From Escherichia phage phiWec179, in sequence record LC739533.1: a stretch of DNA of 64,000 nt. One strand, 5' to 3'. This document shows, piece by piece, positions 52,786 to 61,895 of this stretch. How positions within the stretch are numbered: the first letter of the stretch is position 1; each line of letters opens with the position of its first letter. The notes beneath the pieces are model-generated. The model was not told the origin of the DNA, ran no database searches, and saw only the letters and a program-made list of their open reading frames with translations. The position numbers and the translations under genes were made by a program.

Positions 52786-53760
52786 ATGCAACTTGGTTTT
52801 CCAATCATTGATGTAGTGGTGTTGGTAGGTATTCTTGTTCTGTCGATCTGTGTTGACTTTTTTGGTCATCGTGAAAACAAGGAGATCTCTTTCAAATCCG
52901 CTGTGGCTTGGTCAGTATTCTGGATTGGTGTGTCTTTAGCCTACTACGGTTTTGTATACTTCCAGCACGGCGCAGCTTTTGCAAACTTATTCTTGAGTGG
53001 ATATGTGTTAGAGAAGTCGCTCTCGGTAGATAACTTGGTAGTGTTTGTAGCAGTGTTCTCCAGTTTCGGGATTAAGAGCACACACTTACAACACAAAATT
53101 CTACTCTGGGGTATTGCAGGTGCGATTGTCTTCCGAGGTGTGTTTGTAGCAGCAGGGACTTATCTGCTAAGTTTGGGTTGGTTTGTTAATATCATCTTCG
53201 GTGCTGTTATCCTGTTCTGTGCTTTTAAAATGGTAATGGCTGGCGGTGATGATGAAGAAGTGGATTACTCTAAACATTGGGCGACACGCTTTGTACGTAA
53301 ACTATTCCCAGTATCGGATCAGATGGATGGCGAGAAGTTCTTCACAATTAAGAATGGTGTTCGTGTAGCAACTCCGGCTCTGGTTTGTGTGTTCGTGATG
53401 GAAATGGTGGATGTGATCTTTGCAGTAGACTCGGTTCCGGCTGTAATTGCAGTGACACAAGAACCACTGCTTGTATTCTCTTCGATGCTCTGTGCAATCT
53501 TAGGCTTACGTGCTCTGTTCTTTGTTCTTAGTGTGGCCCTGAAGTATCTGGTTCACCTGGAAAAAGCAGTTATCGCAGTCCTGGTGTTTGTTGGTGTGAA
53601 ACTGATGTATCACCCGTTTGCAGAAACGCTGCACGCAAAAGTGAGCTTCCTGCCAGCGCATATTGACCCGACGATCAGCATGTATATCGTGCTTGGTACT
53701 CTGACCCTGGGCGTGATTGCAAGTTTCATCTTCCCTGAAAAAGAAGAAGCTACCGCTTAA
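52786..53760 (+). CDS. terC: TerC-family integral membrane protein
   Basis: multiple TM helices; two TerC-type motifs EKSLSVDNLVVF and AVDSVPAVIAV. Confidence 0.7.
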   Translation: MQLGFPIIDVVVLVGILVLSICVDFFGHRENKEISFKSAVAWSVFWIGVSLAYYGFVYFQHGAAFANLFLSGYVLEKSLSVDNLVVFVAVFSSFGIKSTHLQHKILLWGIAGAIVFRGVFVAAGTYLLSLGWFVNIIFGAVILFCAFKMVMAGGDDEEVDYSKHWATRFVRKLFPVSDQMDGEKFFTIKNGVRVATPALVCVFVMEMVDVIFAVDSVPAVIAVTQEPLLVFSSMLCAILGLRALFFVLSVALKYLVHLEKAVIAVLVFVGVKLMYHPFAETLHAKVSFLPAHIDPTISMYIVLGTLTLGVIASFIFPEKEEATA

Positions 53761-53767
53761 TACCAAT

Positions 53768-53792
53768 GAACCTCCTTCGGGAGGTTTCTTAC
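53768..53792 (+). terminator. hairpin terminator after TerC-family gene
   Basis: GAACCTCCttcgGGAGGTTTCTT. Confidence 0.5.
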
Positions 53793-53808
53793 TAACATAG
53801 GAGGAATT

Positions 53809-54159
53809 ATGTCTGTATATTTTGACGATGTTCAGGAATATGTTTGGTGTCTTTCTGGCACAATCTCGGAAGTAGAAGCTGCGATTCAAGAGGTTTTTCC
53901 TTACGCTTATGTAGAAGTTAAACAGGCACCTCCTATGGATCTTCCCCCTAATGTGGAAGCTTGTTGTGGTTCCGGCGAGGGTACAGTCATCCCAGTTCTG
54001 CGTTACGAACTACAAGCAGCAAGTGCAAATGTCGATGATATTATTACAGAAATTAAGGCGTATGGTTTCTGGACCTCTCCTTACGCTAAATGGGATAACT
54101 CTGACACTTGGGATTTATTCTTCTGGGATAATGAGACAGATGACGAGGTATTTCTGTAA
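53809..54159 (+). CDS. hypothetical protein
   Basis: AGGAGG + ATG; 116 aa. Confidence 0.5.
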   Translation: MSVYFDDVQEYVWCLSGTISEVEAAIQEVFPYAYVEVKQAPPMDLPPNVEACCGSGEGTVIPVLRYELQAASANVDDIITEIKAYGFWTSPYAKWDNSDTWDLFFWDNETDDEVFL

Positions 54160-54401
54160 TGAAAGTTGTTTGGGTTGTGTTTGAAAATATTTGTTTTGCA
54201 ATAGGTTTGTTCGTCATACTTTTTGTGTTGACAAACGTGATCAATGGTAGTAAAGTATCCCTATACAAAGACGGGGAGCAGATTTACTGCTTCTCTGGAG
54301 ATTTCAAACACACCTGTGTTAATATGCAGAAAGAAGAAACTCCACACCAGAAGTCAAGAGAAGATTTTGATTGGTGGTCACTACTTAATAACTTAAGATG
54401 A
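54159..54401 (+). CDS. small membrane protein
   Basis: N-terminal TM VFENICFAIGLFVILFVL. Confidence 0.45.
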   Translation: MKVVWVVFENICFAIGLFVILFVLTNVINGSKVSLYKDGEQIYCFSGDFKHTCVNMQKEETPHQKSREDFDWWSLLNNLR

Positions 54402-54410
54402 GGAGAAAAT

Positions 54411-55280
54411 ATGAAAAATATTCAGCCATTACCTGTAGTTGGGGATTTGTATTTCTTATCTGGTACGGGTTATTCCCCAGAAGCATTAGAAGTTAACAAG
54501 AACGTCTTCCGAGTGAAAGAAATAAGAGAAGAATGTAATGAAATTGTTTTCGAAGGTATTACTAATGGAGTTCTTCAGTATGCAGAGATGCGTAGCTGCT
54601 TCCAGCAACCTTTCCGCCCGTTGGCAGACGAGTATAAGATTGCGGTAAATATTGATGATCTTAAAAAAGAACCAGGGTTCGAAGCGTTCTCTACTTTTAT
54701 GGAAGATACGTATGTGGATGTAAAGAGATCTAACCTTTTCGCGGGGGATAATTTCCCTCACTTTGTGTCAGAGAAAAGTGATGGTTTTTCCGACTACGTG
54801 GATGCTGTAAACTATGATGTTTCTGAATTGACAGGAGAGCAGGATTATCTTCTGCTGTCTCCTAAAGATTTCATGCGCGTAATGTATGCCGTAGCCGAAC
54901 AGAAAAAGAAGAAAGAAAAGCTTGTAGCCAAAAAAGTTAAAAAGGTTAAAGGTAAACGTGCCAAAGGTGTTCCAGAACGTAAGCGCACCGTAAATAAGGC
55001 GACAGTCTTCTTTACCAGCGGTGAGCAATATACGATCAAAGGTTTTAAAGAAGTGGGTTACACTGCTGGCGGAAACCTTCTGTTCTTCACAGTTGCAGAA
55101 GAAGGAGAAACTTTTATCCGTTTTTCCAATATGTGGGAAATGTCTGTAGAAGATATTAAAAGTGTTGTTGTTTTAGGTGTACATAAGAGTTTCATTATTA
55201 ATCAAATCTCTGATTTCAGTGCACACTTGACAGCACCAGATTTCGAAACTACCACAACAAGCTTTAACTTCAAGGTGTAA
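54411..55280 (+). CDS. hypothetical protein
   Basis: GAGGAG + ATG; 289 aa; Lys-rich internal tract. Confidence 0.5.
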   Translation: MKNIQPLPVVGDLYFLSGTGYSPEALEVNKNVFRVKEIREECNEIVFEGITNGVLQYAEMRSCFQQPFRPLADEYKIAVNIDDLKKEPGFEAFSTFMEDTYVDVKRSNLFAGDNFPHFVSEKSDGFSDYVDAVNYDVSELTGEQDYLLLSPKDFMRVMYAVAEQKKKKEKLVAKKVKKVKGKRAKGVPERKRTVNKATVFFTSGEQYTIKGFKEVGYTAGGNLLFFTVAEEGETFIRFSNMWEMSVEDIKSVVVLGVHKSFIINQISDFSAHLTAPDFETTTTSFNFKV

Positions 55281-55283
55281 TGC

Positions 55284-55874
55284 ATGAATACCGAGAGAGA
55301 TTTAAAACTCTTGTGGTGGGAAGTGATGCAGGAGATCAAGGAGGATTTCCCTGTTTACTACAACATGCTACGTGAAGCTGGATATACGGCTTGCGTTAGG
55401 AACAAAGTGAATAACTCTTTCGGTTGGTGCAACTACCGAGAAAAGATTGTTGTTGTGAATTGGCACTTGCATAAAAACTCCACAAGGGATATGATAGTGG
55501 ACACAATGAAGCATGAGATTGCTCATGCGATCGACGGTTGTATGGGTAAGTTCAGTCGTCATGGACCACACTGGCAAAAGCTGGCAGCAGAGTTGGGAGC
55601 CAATCCTAAAGCTACTTCCAAAGAACCGTTAAACCATGAGTACAAATATGTTCTTGTTTTGGTGGACAGATTTGCCACAAGATGTGTTAGAGGGTATAAT
55701 CGTAAACCTAACCGTATGACTCCAGGGAAACAACCACATATTTGGTTGAAGAGTGATAAAGAGGGGACAGAAGGAAAAATATGGTTGTATAAATGGGAAG
55801 ATTGGGTTAAAGTAGCTAAAGAATATGGTGTTTCACCTTACACAAGAGAAATAGAAGAGGAGAATGAAGAATGA
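55284..55874 (+). CDS. SprT-like zinc metalloprotease domain protein
   Basis: HExxH in MKHEIAHAID; N-terminal SFGWCNYREKIVVVNWHL typical of SprT. Confidence 0.55.
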   Translation: MNTERDLKLLWWEVMQEIKEDFPVYYNMLREAGYTACVRNKVNNSFGWCNYREKIVVVNWHLHKNSTRDMIVDTMKHEIAHAIDGCMGKFSRHGPHWQKLAAELGANPKATSKEPLNHEYKYVLVLVDRFATRCVRGYNRKPNRMTPGKQPHIWLKSDKEGTEGKIWLYKWEDWVKVAKEYGVSPYTREIEEENEE

Positions 55875-56983
55875 CAAGTCCATTTTTGAAAGCGGCAACT
55901 GGTGGTCAAAAGAAATCTGAAACGAGTGTACTGACTGCTACTACAGATGCAAGCAAGTCCGTGTTCGCTCCGAGTGTCCTGGATGCAAGTCCAGTGTATG
56001 CTCCAGCAGCGCCAAAAGCTGTGCCTACCTTGCCAACAATGTCTCGTAAAGAGATTGAAGAAGTGGGTGCAGAAGCAGGTTTAACTCTCCGCACGCTGAA
56101 TGCCGAAGTGTTAAAGCACCAACGTAGCAATCAAGGCGATGAAATGAGCCAACGCCTTACCGCGCTGATTAAACAAGCCAAACAGCTTGATCCTGCTTCT
56201 ATCAAGCAGAGCAAAGGTGTAGGCAAACTTATCAAGAAACTGATGGGTATGAAGGAAGATCTGTTCGGGGAATTCGATAATGTGAACAACCGTATCGAAG
56301 AACTCGTTAAGAATCTTCAGATGGATATTCGTAAAGAAGAAGATTCTCTGGTGTACCTGGAGAAGCTGCACCAGGCGATCGGACAGTACGCCGCAAGCCT
56401 GAATCGTGATATGGAATTACTCACAGCAGCTTATGAGCAAGAACTGGCTAACTTTGAAGCTACGCCAGAAGATGACGTAGAAGCCCGTCAACGCGTCCGT
56501 GACACGCTTGATCTTCTGGAGATACGTATTGCTGACTTGAAGGCATTACGCTTGCTGTGCGTGCAAATGGGTCCGCGTGTATTGGGTATGCAGAAAGTAT
56601 CTGCCAGCCTCATGCGTTCTGCTCGTAATATTGTGAACAATGTGATTCCTGCTTACTCGGCAAACTTCTCGATGTATATTGAAAGTCTGCGCCAGAAGAA
56701 AGCAGCAGAAACACAGAACAACGTTCTGGACGAGTTCAACCTGGCAATCAAACTGGGTAGCGATCTTGCCACACAGAACCAGATCGAAGCAGCAGCACTG
56801 GCTAACCGCCAAGTGTTGGATATCGAAACTCTGCGTCACGATCAGGAGAACTTGGTTAAGATGTTGGAAGAAACTAACCGCATCAATACGGAAGCCCGTG
56901 CTGCCCGTGTTGATTACATCAATGAAGTTCAATCTCTCGAAGATGGGATGGTTGACGCTGTTAAGAAGGGGTTGGGTAAATGA
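55871..56983 (+). CDS. TelA-like (toxic anion resistance family) protein, tentative
   Basis: 370 aa, predicted long helices/coiled coil; size and Ter context fit TelA; no single diagnostic motif verified. Confidence 0.45.
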   Translation: MTSPFLKAATGGQKKSETSVLTATTDASKSVFAPSVLDASPVYAPAAPKAVPTLPTMSRKEIEEVGAEAGLTLRTLNAEVLKHQRSNQGDEMSQRLTALIKQAKQLDPASIKQSKGVGKLIKKLMGMKEDLFGEFDNVNNRIEELVKNLQMDIRKEEDSLVYLEKLHQAIGQYAASLNRDMELLTAAYEQELANFEATPEDDVEARQRVRDTLDLLEIRIADLKALRLLCVQMGPRVLGMQKVSASLMRSARNIVNNVIPAYSANFSMYIESLRQKKAAETQNNVLDEFNLAIKLGSDLATQNQIEAAALANRQVLDIETLRHDQENLVKMLEETNRINTEARAARVDYINEVQSLEDGMVDAVKKGLGK

Positions 56984-57186
56984 GAATCCGTGTATACATG
57001 CTTGACGAACAAGCTGGAGAAATAGGTGTTCGTTATGATGAAGAGAAACGCTTTGCCCCAATGACCCAGCTACAAACTCCAGATATTTTTGCAGCTTGTC
57101 GTGACGGATATATCTATGAAGGTTGTCGCAACTTTGGCAGATTTAAAGTTATTTCTGATGTGGAATTTAACGAGGAGGAAGAATGA
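56980..57186 (+). CDS. hypothetical protein
   Basis: 68 aa; ATGA overlap. Confidence 0.45.
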   Translation: MRIRVYMLDEQAGEIGVRYDEEKRFAPMTQLQTPDIFAACRDGYIYEGCRNFGRFKVISDVEFNEEEE

Positions 57187-57353
57187 AAACATTGCGTGTG
57201 AACATCGAAACTACCTGGCGAGATTTCGAGGTTGTTGATATTGAGATTGAAGACGATATGTCTCAAGAAGATATCGAAGATCTTGCAAAAGAAACATTTC
57301 AGGACTATTGTAATTACGGGTTCCATATTTTAGGGGAGGAAGAAGATGTTTAA
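57183..57353 (+). CDS. small acidic protein (56 aa)
   Basis: GAGGAGG + ATG; stop overlaps next ATG; below ORF-track cutoff. Confidence 0.4.
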   Translation: MKTLRVNIETTWRDFEVVDIEIEDDMSQEDIEDLAKETFQDYCNYGFHILGEEEDV

Positions 57354-57744
57354 ACACACAAACGTAAACTTGAAATTAACAGTAACAGATCCGACTCTTT
57401 TCATCAATCTTACAAGCGGGGAAGTTTATGAAGTTATCACAGACGAGGATGGTTCTTGCTTCCTTAAAGGTTATTATCTCTGTGAATCTGATGAGTTGGT
57501 ATCTATTATCACCTTGGGAGAATACGAAGAACCAGGCTTCCGTGTGGAGGTTGTTAAGAATCCCGATATTATCCAGTTGACTCGCCAAGAACTGATCACA
57601 ATCATGGAAGACGCTTTTATTGATGGATGGAAGACTCAAAACTATGATTGGAGTGGCCCAGAAGACTTCCTGCGTCTTCATAAAGAGTATGACGATTCCA
57701 GCGAAACTACTATTGCCATTGATAGTATTAAGGCTGGTGTGTAA
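57346..57744 (+). CDS. hypothetical protein
   Basis: 132 aa. Confidence 0.5.
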   Translation: MFKHTNVNLKLTVTDPTLFINLTSGEVYEVITDEDGSCFLKGYYLCESDELVSIITLGEYEEPGFRVEVVKNPDIIQLTRQELITIMEDAFIDGWKTQNYDWSGPEDFLRLHKEYDDSSETTIAIDSIKAGV

Positions 57745-57762
57745 TGAAAAGTGTTGACAACA

Positions 57763-57812
57763 ATCTCCATAAGATGGATAATACCTCCATCGAAAAAACG
57801 GGAGGAGATAAG
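57763..57812 (+). promoter_or_regulatory. promoter + leader hairpin
   Basis: TTGACA-N17-TAATAC, CCTCCatcgaaaaaacGGGAGG, then ATG 57814. Confidence 0.4.
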
Positions 57813-57813
57813 A

Positions 57814-58086
57814 ATGTTTGATTTTAAAATAAAGGATTCAAAACCCCAAGATGTAGCAGTTCGTTTCGAAGAGTTGGGGATTGGTGAAACTTTCATGTAT
57901 TATTCAGCATATGAAGAAAATGGTTTGGATACATTTGCAAACTTAGTATTCCTTAAAAGCGGCGGCGCGACTGCTGTTTGTTTGAATAGTTCATCAAGAG
58001 GGAGTGTCCATACCGTATCCCCAGATGTGCCGATGGTTGCAGTTCGTTTAGTAGTTACTGATATTACACTTACAGAGGAGAAATAA
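57814..58086 (+). CDS. small protein, paralog B1 (pairs with vWA gene)
   Basis: ATG at 57814 (MFDFKIKDSKPQ); paralog of 59108..59389. Confidence 0.45.
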   Translation: MFDFKIKDSKPQDVAVRFEELGIGETFMYYSAYEENGLDTFANLVFLKSGGATAVCLNSSSRGSVHTVSPDVPMVAVRLVVTDITLTEEK

Positions 58087-58087
58087 T

Positions 58088-58888
58088 ATGTCCAATAAAA
58101 TTAGCCTGAAGAAACGCCAAGACACCCTGACCATTTCACTGAAGAAAAAGAAAATTGTCAACGAAGATCAAAAGATCGTTCTGCGTGTTGCAAGCGCACT
58201 GGATATCTCCGGCAGCATGTCCAGCCTGTATCGTAACGGTACTGTAAGTGAGTTTGTTGGTAAGCTGCTTCCGTTTGGTATGCTGTTCGATGATAACGCG
58301 CAGATCGATATGTGGGCTTTCAACAATAGCTCTCGTGAAATCACTCCAGCAACTGCTGATGTGTATGATGATTACGTTGGTAAATGCATTAATGGTCGTG
58401 TAACAGTCCAGGGTGGCACAAGCTATGCACCTGTTATGCAGGATATTTACGATTCCTACTTCGGTAGCACCACTAAATATGAAACTGTAGAAACCCCTGT
58501 AACCAAAGAAGTTCCTAAGAAAGGTTTCTTCAACCGTTTACTGGGTAAAACCGAAACTGTAGAAGCTATTGTAGAAAAAACTGTAGCCGTTGCTGTGCCT
58601 GGTGTAGACGTTACTCCGGCAGTTGTGTTCTTCCAGACAGATGGAGAGAACGATGATCCGAGCCGTGTACTCTCCGTACTGGAAAAGAACAAGGGTAAAC
58701 CTATTTACTGGTTCATGGTGGGTGTTGGTAGTGCTCGTTTCTCTTTCCTGAAAGATTTGGCTGAAGCTTACGACAACGTAGCATTCATTGGTCTGAACGA
58801 TCTTTCCTTGACAGACGAGCAGCTTTACGATAAACTCTTGTCTGAAGAGTTCGGTGAGTGGGTTGAAAAGGTTGGTGCTAAGAAATGA
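58088..58888 (+). CDS. vWA-domain protein with TerD-like N-terminus (TerY/TerF-like)
   Basis: N-terminal KISLKK..ISLKKK; MIDAS DISGSM, GGTSYAP, QTDGEND. Confidence 0.65.
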   Translation: MSNKISLKKRQDTLTISLKKKKIVNEDQKIVLRVASALDISGSMSSLYRNGTVSEFVGKLLPFGMLFDDNAQIDMWAFNNSSREITPATADVYDDYVGKCINGRVTVQGGTSYAPVMQDIYDSYFGSTTKYETVETPVTKEVPKKGFFNRLLGKTETVEAIVEKTVAVAVPGVDVTPAVVFFQTDGENDDPSRVLSVLEKNKGKPIYWFMVGVGSARFSFLKDLAEAYDNVAFIGLNDLSLTDEQLYDKLLSEEFGEWVEKVGAKK

Positions 58889-59127
58889 TCGACACGCTGA
58901 TCTCTCAAACGGTGTTGCAAGTGATGCGTGAGAGAGAAGCTTTCATCATGAAGGGTCTTAAAGATTATTTTGGGACTCTTTCTTTGGAAGAACTCAAACT
59001 ACGCGTTGAGATCCATGCGTATCCTTCTTATGAAGAATGGATTGACAAAGCAAATAAAGCTGTTATAATGCGTATCAACAAACCAGAAATCACGACAGGA
59101 GGACAAGATGTTAAATTTCGCCATTAA
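58885..59127 (+). CDS. hypothetical protein
   Basis: 80 aa; ATGA overlap. Confidence 0.45.
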   Translation: MIDTLISQTVLQVMREREAFIMKGLKDYFGTLSLEELKLRVEIHAYPSYEEWIDKANKAVIMRINKPEITTGGQDVKFRH

Positions 59128-59389
59128 GAAAGATAGCAAACCAAAGATTCAGACTTGTCGCATTGCAAATCTTACACATGGTGATTTGTTTGTTCTGAAA
59201 AGTGCCTACGACGAAGACGGTCTTGATCCAGAAGCAGTCGTCGTTTATATGGTGTTGCGGCGAGATGAAGACACCAAGCACCCATACAATGCGGTAGAGA
59301 TGAATTACAATGCAATGTTGTGCTCAATACACTATACGGCAGAGTTGGTGCAGGTAGAGTTAACAGTTAACGAAATTAAACTTAAATAA
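59108..59389 (+). CDS. small protein, paralog B2 (pairs with TerD gene)
   Basis: AGGAGG + ATG (MLNFAIKKDSKPK); paralog of 57814..58086. Confidence 0.45.
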   Translation: MLNFAIKKDSKPKIQTCRIANLTHGDLFVLKSAYDEDGLDPEAVVVYMVLRRDEDTKHPYNAVEMNYNAMLCSIHYTAELVQVELTVNEIKLK

Positions 59390-59404
59390 TAGAGGAGACA
59401 CATA

Positions 59405-60007
59405 ATGAGCGATAAAATTTCCCTGAAAAAAGGTTCCACCGAGAAGATTTCCCTGAAGAAAGTTGCTCCGGCACTGAAAGAACTGCGTCTGGAGTTCTCC
59501 TGGAAATCAAACTCTAAACTGGATCTGGATGTAAGCGCACTTGTATGCCGACACAACGCCTCTGGCAACCCTGAAATGCTGTCTGCACGTCATCTGGTTT
59601 GTTATGCTAACAAGTTTGATCCAGAACGTTCTGTATTCGCAGGTGATGATGTTCGTGACGGTACTGGTCAAATGGAACAAATCGATGTAACCTTGGCTAA
59701 GATCTCCGATAAAGCCGAAGAGATTGCTTTTGTCCTAACTATTGATGATGAAACGGGTCAGAAACGTCTGGGTCACGCTACTGAAGGTATGCTGAAGATC
59801 TTTGATGCCGAGCGTAACGTTGAGATCCTGGACTTCGACTTCTTGGCTCCTGAAGTGGCTGGTAATACCATCTGCCACGTAGCTTCCCTGGTTCGTGAAG
59901 ACGGTGAATGGAAACTGAAAGCTTACGGTGTTGGTAAAGCAGGTATGGATATCTGTGATGTGGTTATGGCCTTCGGTGGTCAGAAAGAATGGTACGATTG
60001 CCCGTAA
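59405..60007 (+). CDS. terD: TerD-family (tellurium resistance / Ca-binding) protein
   Basis: alignable by eye over full length to canonical TerD: N-terminal ISLKKG..ISLKK, LDLDVSAL, GDDVRDGTGQMEQIDV, IAFVLTIDD, GEWKLKAYGVG. Confidence 0.9.
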   Translation: MSDKISLKKGSTEKISLKKVAPALKELRLEFSWKSNSKLDLDVSALVCRHNASGNPEMLSARHLVCYANKFDPERSVFAGDDVRDGTGQMEQIDVTLAKISDKAEEIAFVLTIDDETGQKRLGHATEGMLKIFDAERNVEILDFDFLAPEVAGNTICHVASLVREDGEWKLKAYGVGKAGMDICDVVMAFGGQKEWYDCP

Positions 60008-60027
60008 GATTTAACTGAAATGTTGTT

Positions 60028-60043
60028 GGGGGAGAAATCCCCC
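60028..60043 (+). terminator. hairpin after TerD gene
   Basis: GGGGGAgaaaTCCCCC, 20 nt past stop. Confidence 0.4.
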
Positions 60044-60044
60044 A

Positions 60045-60073
60045 TTGCAAAAACGCCTCTCATGTGTTATACT
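60045..60073 (+). promoter_or_regulatory. sigma70-like promoter
   Basis: TTGCAA-N17-TATACT upstream of 60105. Confidence 0.45.
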
Positions 60074-60104
60074 GGTAGTTCATTCACCCAAAAGGAGGCA
60101 AAAT

Positions 60105-60626
60105 TTGCTGATAAAAAACTTTGTAACAGTTGCGTTACTATCCTTAACTGCTTTTACATTTACACCTGTCACGGCAACCGCCGAAGCTGCAAACGTAAAG
60201 ACTGCTAAAGTAGTTCACAAATGTGCAAAGCAAGATACTAAAGAAAATCTCTTGGCTTGTGCAATTTACGCTGAAAGTCGTAATCAGGGTAAACGTGGGA
60301 TGTATGCTGTAGGTAATGTAGTATTGAACAGGAAAGGTGATGATTACTTCCCTGATAATATTAAAGATATTCTCTTCCAACGAGGACAATTCTCTTACAG
60401 GAAGAAGTTTAACGTTACCGAAGCAGAGCGATGGAAAGAAGCTAAAGCTATCGCAAAACGACTTATATACCTGGATACACACTTCCCTACACTTAGAGAA
60501 GCCCAGGACATGACAAAAGGTGCGACATTTTTTAAGAAAGTAAAAACCCGTGCACACTGGACAAAAGATATGGTCTTAGTGTATCGTTATAAAGAACATC
60601 AGTTCTACCTACCGACAAGGAGCTAA
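60105..60626 (+). CDS. SleB-like cell wall hydrolase with signal peptide
   Basis: AAGGAGG + TTG start; signal-like FVTVALLSLTAFTFTPVTATAEA; LACAIYAESRNQGKRGMYAVGNVVLNRKGDDYFP...QRGQFSY. Confidence 0.7.
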   Translation: MLIKNFVTVALLSLTAFTFTPVTATAEAANVKTAKVVHKCAKQDTKENLLACAIYAESRNQGKRGMYAVGNVVLNRKGDDYFPDNIKDILFQRGQFSYRKKFNVTEAERWKEAKAIAKRLIYLDTHFPTLREAQDMTKGATFFKKVKTRAHWTKDMVLVYRYKEHQFYLPTRS

Positions 60627-60627
60627 T

Positions 60628-60912
60628 ATGCGAGAAGATAATACTGTTGTTGTTGCGAGCTATCTCGTTATCGGTTTAACCGAAGAAGATGTGTACTACA
60701 TTCGTAAAGGTTTGGAAGCTTACGCTACCCTCTTCATGGAAGACGAAAGCGATGTTGATAAATATTCCGTGGAGTTGATCAACGACAGTATTTATCCTTG
60801 CATAGCTCTTAAAGTAGATGCTGTTCTGTGGGAGCGTTTTGCAAGAAGTCACGATGCTATTGAATCTTCAATGGTTATGACACAAAACAACATTTTGGGG
60901 GTGATTCACTAA
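60628..60912 (+). CDS. hypothetical protein
   Basis: AAGGAG + ATG; 94 aa. Confidence 0.45.
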   Translation: MREDNTVVVASYLVIGLTEEDVYYIRKGLEAYATLFMEDESDVDKYSVELINDSIYPCIALKVDAVLWERFARSHDAIESSMVMTQNNILGVIH

Positions 60913-61142
60913 TGGCAGATATCATTGAGGTAAACTTCCGTACTCGGAAGAAAGTAGAGAAATATACAATATTGAAAAGTGTTTGCGTTGTTTGTTTCAA
61001 TAGTGTAATCTACGATTCAAGAAAGGGCGAAGACGGTAATGAGCCGTATATCGAACTGTCAAAGGGCAACGGTAGTTGCATTTGTAAAGCTTGTGCTGTT
61101 CAGATTAAGGGGGTTGTTGATGAAAACGAATGGGATAAATAA
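60912..61142 (+). CDS. hypothetical Cys-rich protein
   Basis: CVVCFNS ... CICKAC cysteine pairs. Confidence 0.4.
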   Translation: MADIIEVNFRTRKKVEKYTILKSVCVVCFNSVIYDSRKGEDGNEPYIELSKGNGSCICKACAVQIKGVVDENEWDK

Positions 61143-61314
61143 TACAGGGGAACTTTCTCTTGAGAACGTAACAAACGACAAACTGATTAAAATGCGAGAT
61201 GTAGCTTTGGATCATCTCCAAGACTCCTTCAAGGAATATATGGAAGCACGGGATCGTGTGCTTGAGATTCGTCAAGCAATGGTTAAACGCGGAATGGTGG
61301 TGGATTCTAAATAA
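61120..61314 (+). CDS. hypothetical protein
   Basis: AAGGGGG + ATG at 61120 (MKTNGINNTG). Confidence 0.4.
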   Translation: MKTNGINNTGELSLENVTNDKLIKMRDVALDHLQDSFKEYMEARDRVLEIRQAMVKRGMVVDSK

Positions 61315-61323
61315 GGGGTCAGT

Positions 61324-61887
61324 ATGATTTATTATATTACCCCCTATCTAAGTGGAGATATCGGCAAAGCAATTAACGATGCTATTGCCGTTCTTCACGA
61401 AGATAGTTGGGTCTGTTTACGTGATATCGATACCATGTTCTTACTGCCAGACCAACCTTCTATGTTGGAAGATTTGGTAGCAACCAATCCACCGTTTGAT
61501 GTGATCGGTGCGTCTTGTAATCGTTTAGGTAGTGGTTATCAACTTCTCGGTGGAAAGATTGATGATGATCCTAACATTCTGAACCATATTTCTCATGCCA
61601 AAGTTGCTCGTGATTACTATGGTGATGAAATTGAAGAAGTCCCACAAGGCACTCCCTTAGCAGGTTTCTTTCTATTGTTCAGGAAATCATTATGGAAGGA
61701 GATCCCTTTTGAAGAACGTACCATCCAGTTCGATATAATCTTCTCAAACACTTTACATGAACGAGGAAAAAGGTTAGGATTGATGCGTGGGATGTATCTC
61801 TTCCATATTTACCGTTTAGGTCAAAAAGATCCTCAACGGGCAATATCACACCTTATGCATTGTCATGATCACCGGAAAACTATTTAG
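61324..61887 (+). CDS. hypothetical protein
   Basis: AAGGGG + ATG; 187 aa. Confidence 0.5.
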   Translation: MIYYITPYLSGDIGKAINDAIAVLHEDSWVCLRDIDTMFLLPDQPSMLEDLVATNPPFDVIGASCNRLGSGYQLLGGKIDDDPNILNHISHAKVARDYYGDEIEEVPQGTPLAGFFLLFRKSLWKEIPFEERTIQFDIIFSNTLHERGKRLGLMRGMYLFHIYRLGQKDPQRAISHLMHCHDHRKTI

Positions 61888-61895
61888 GGGGAAAG

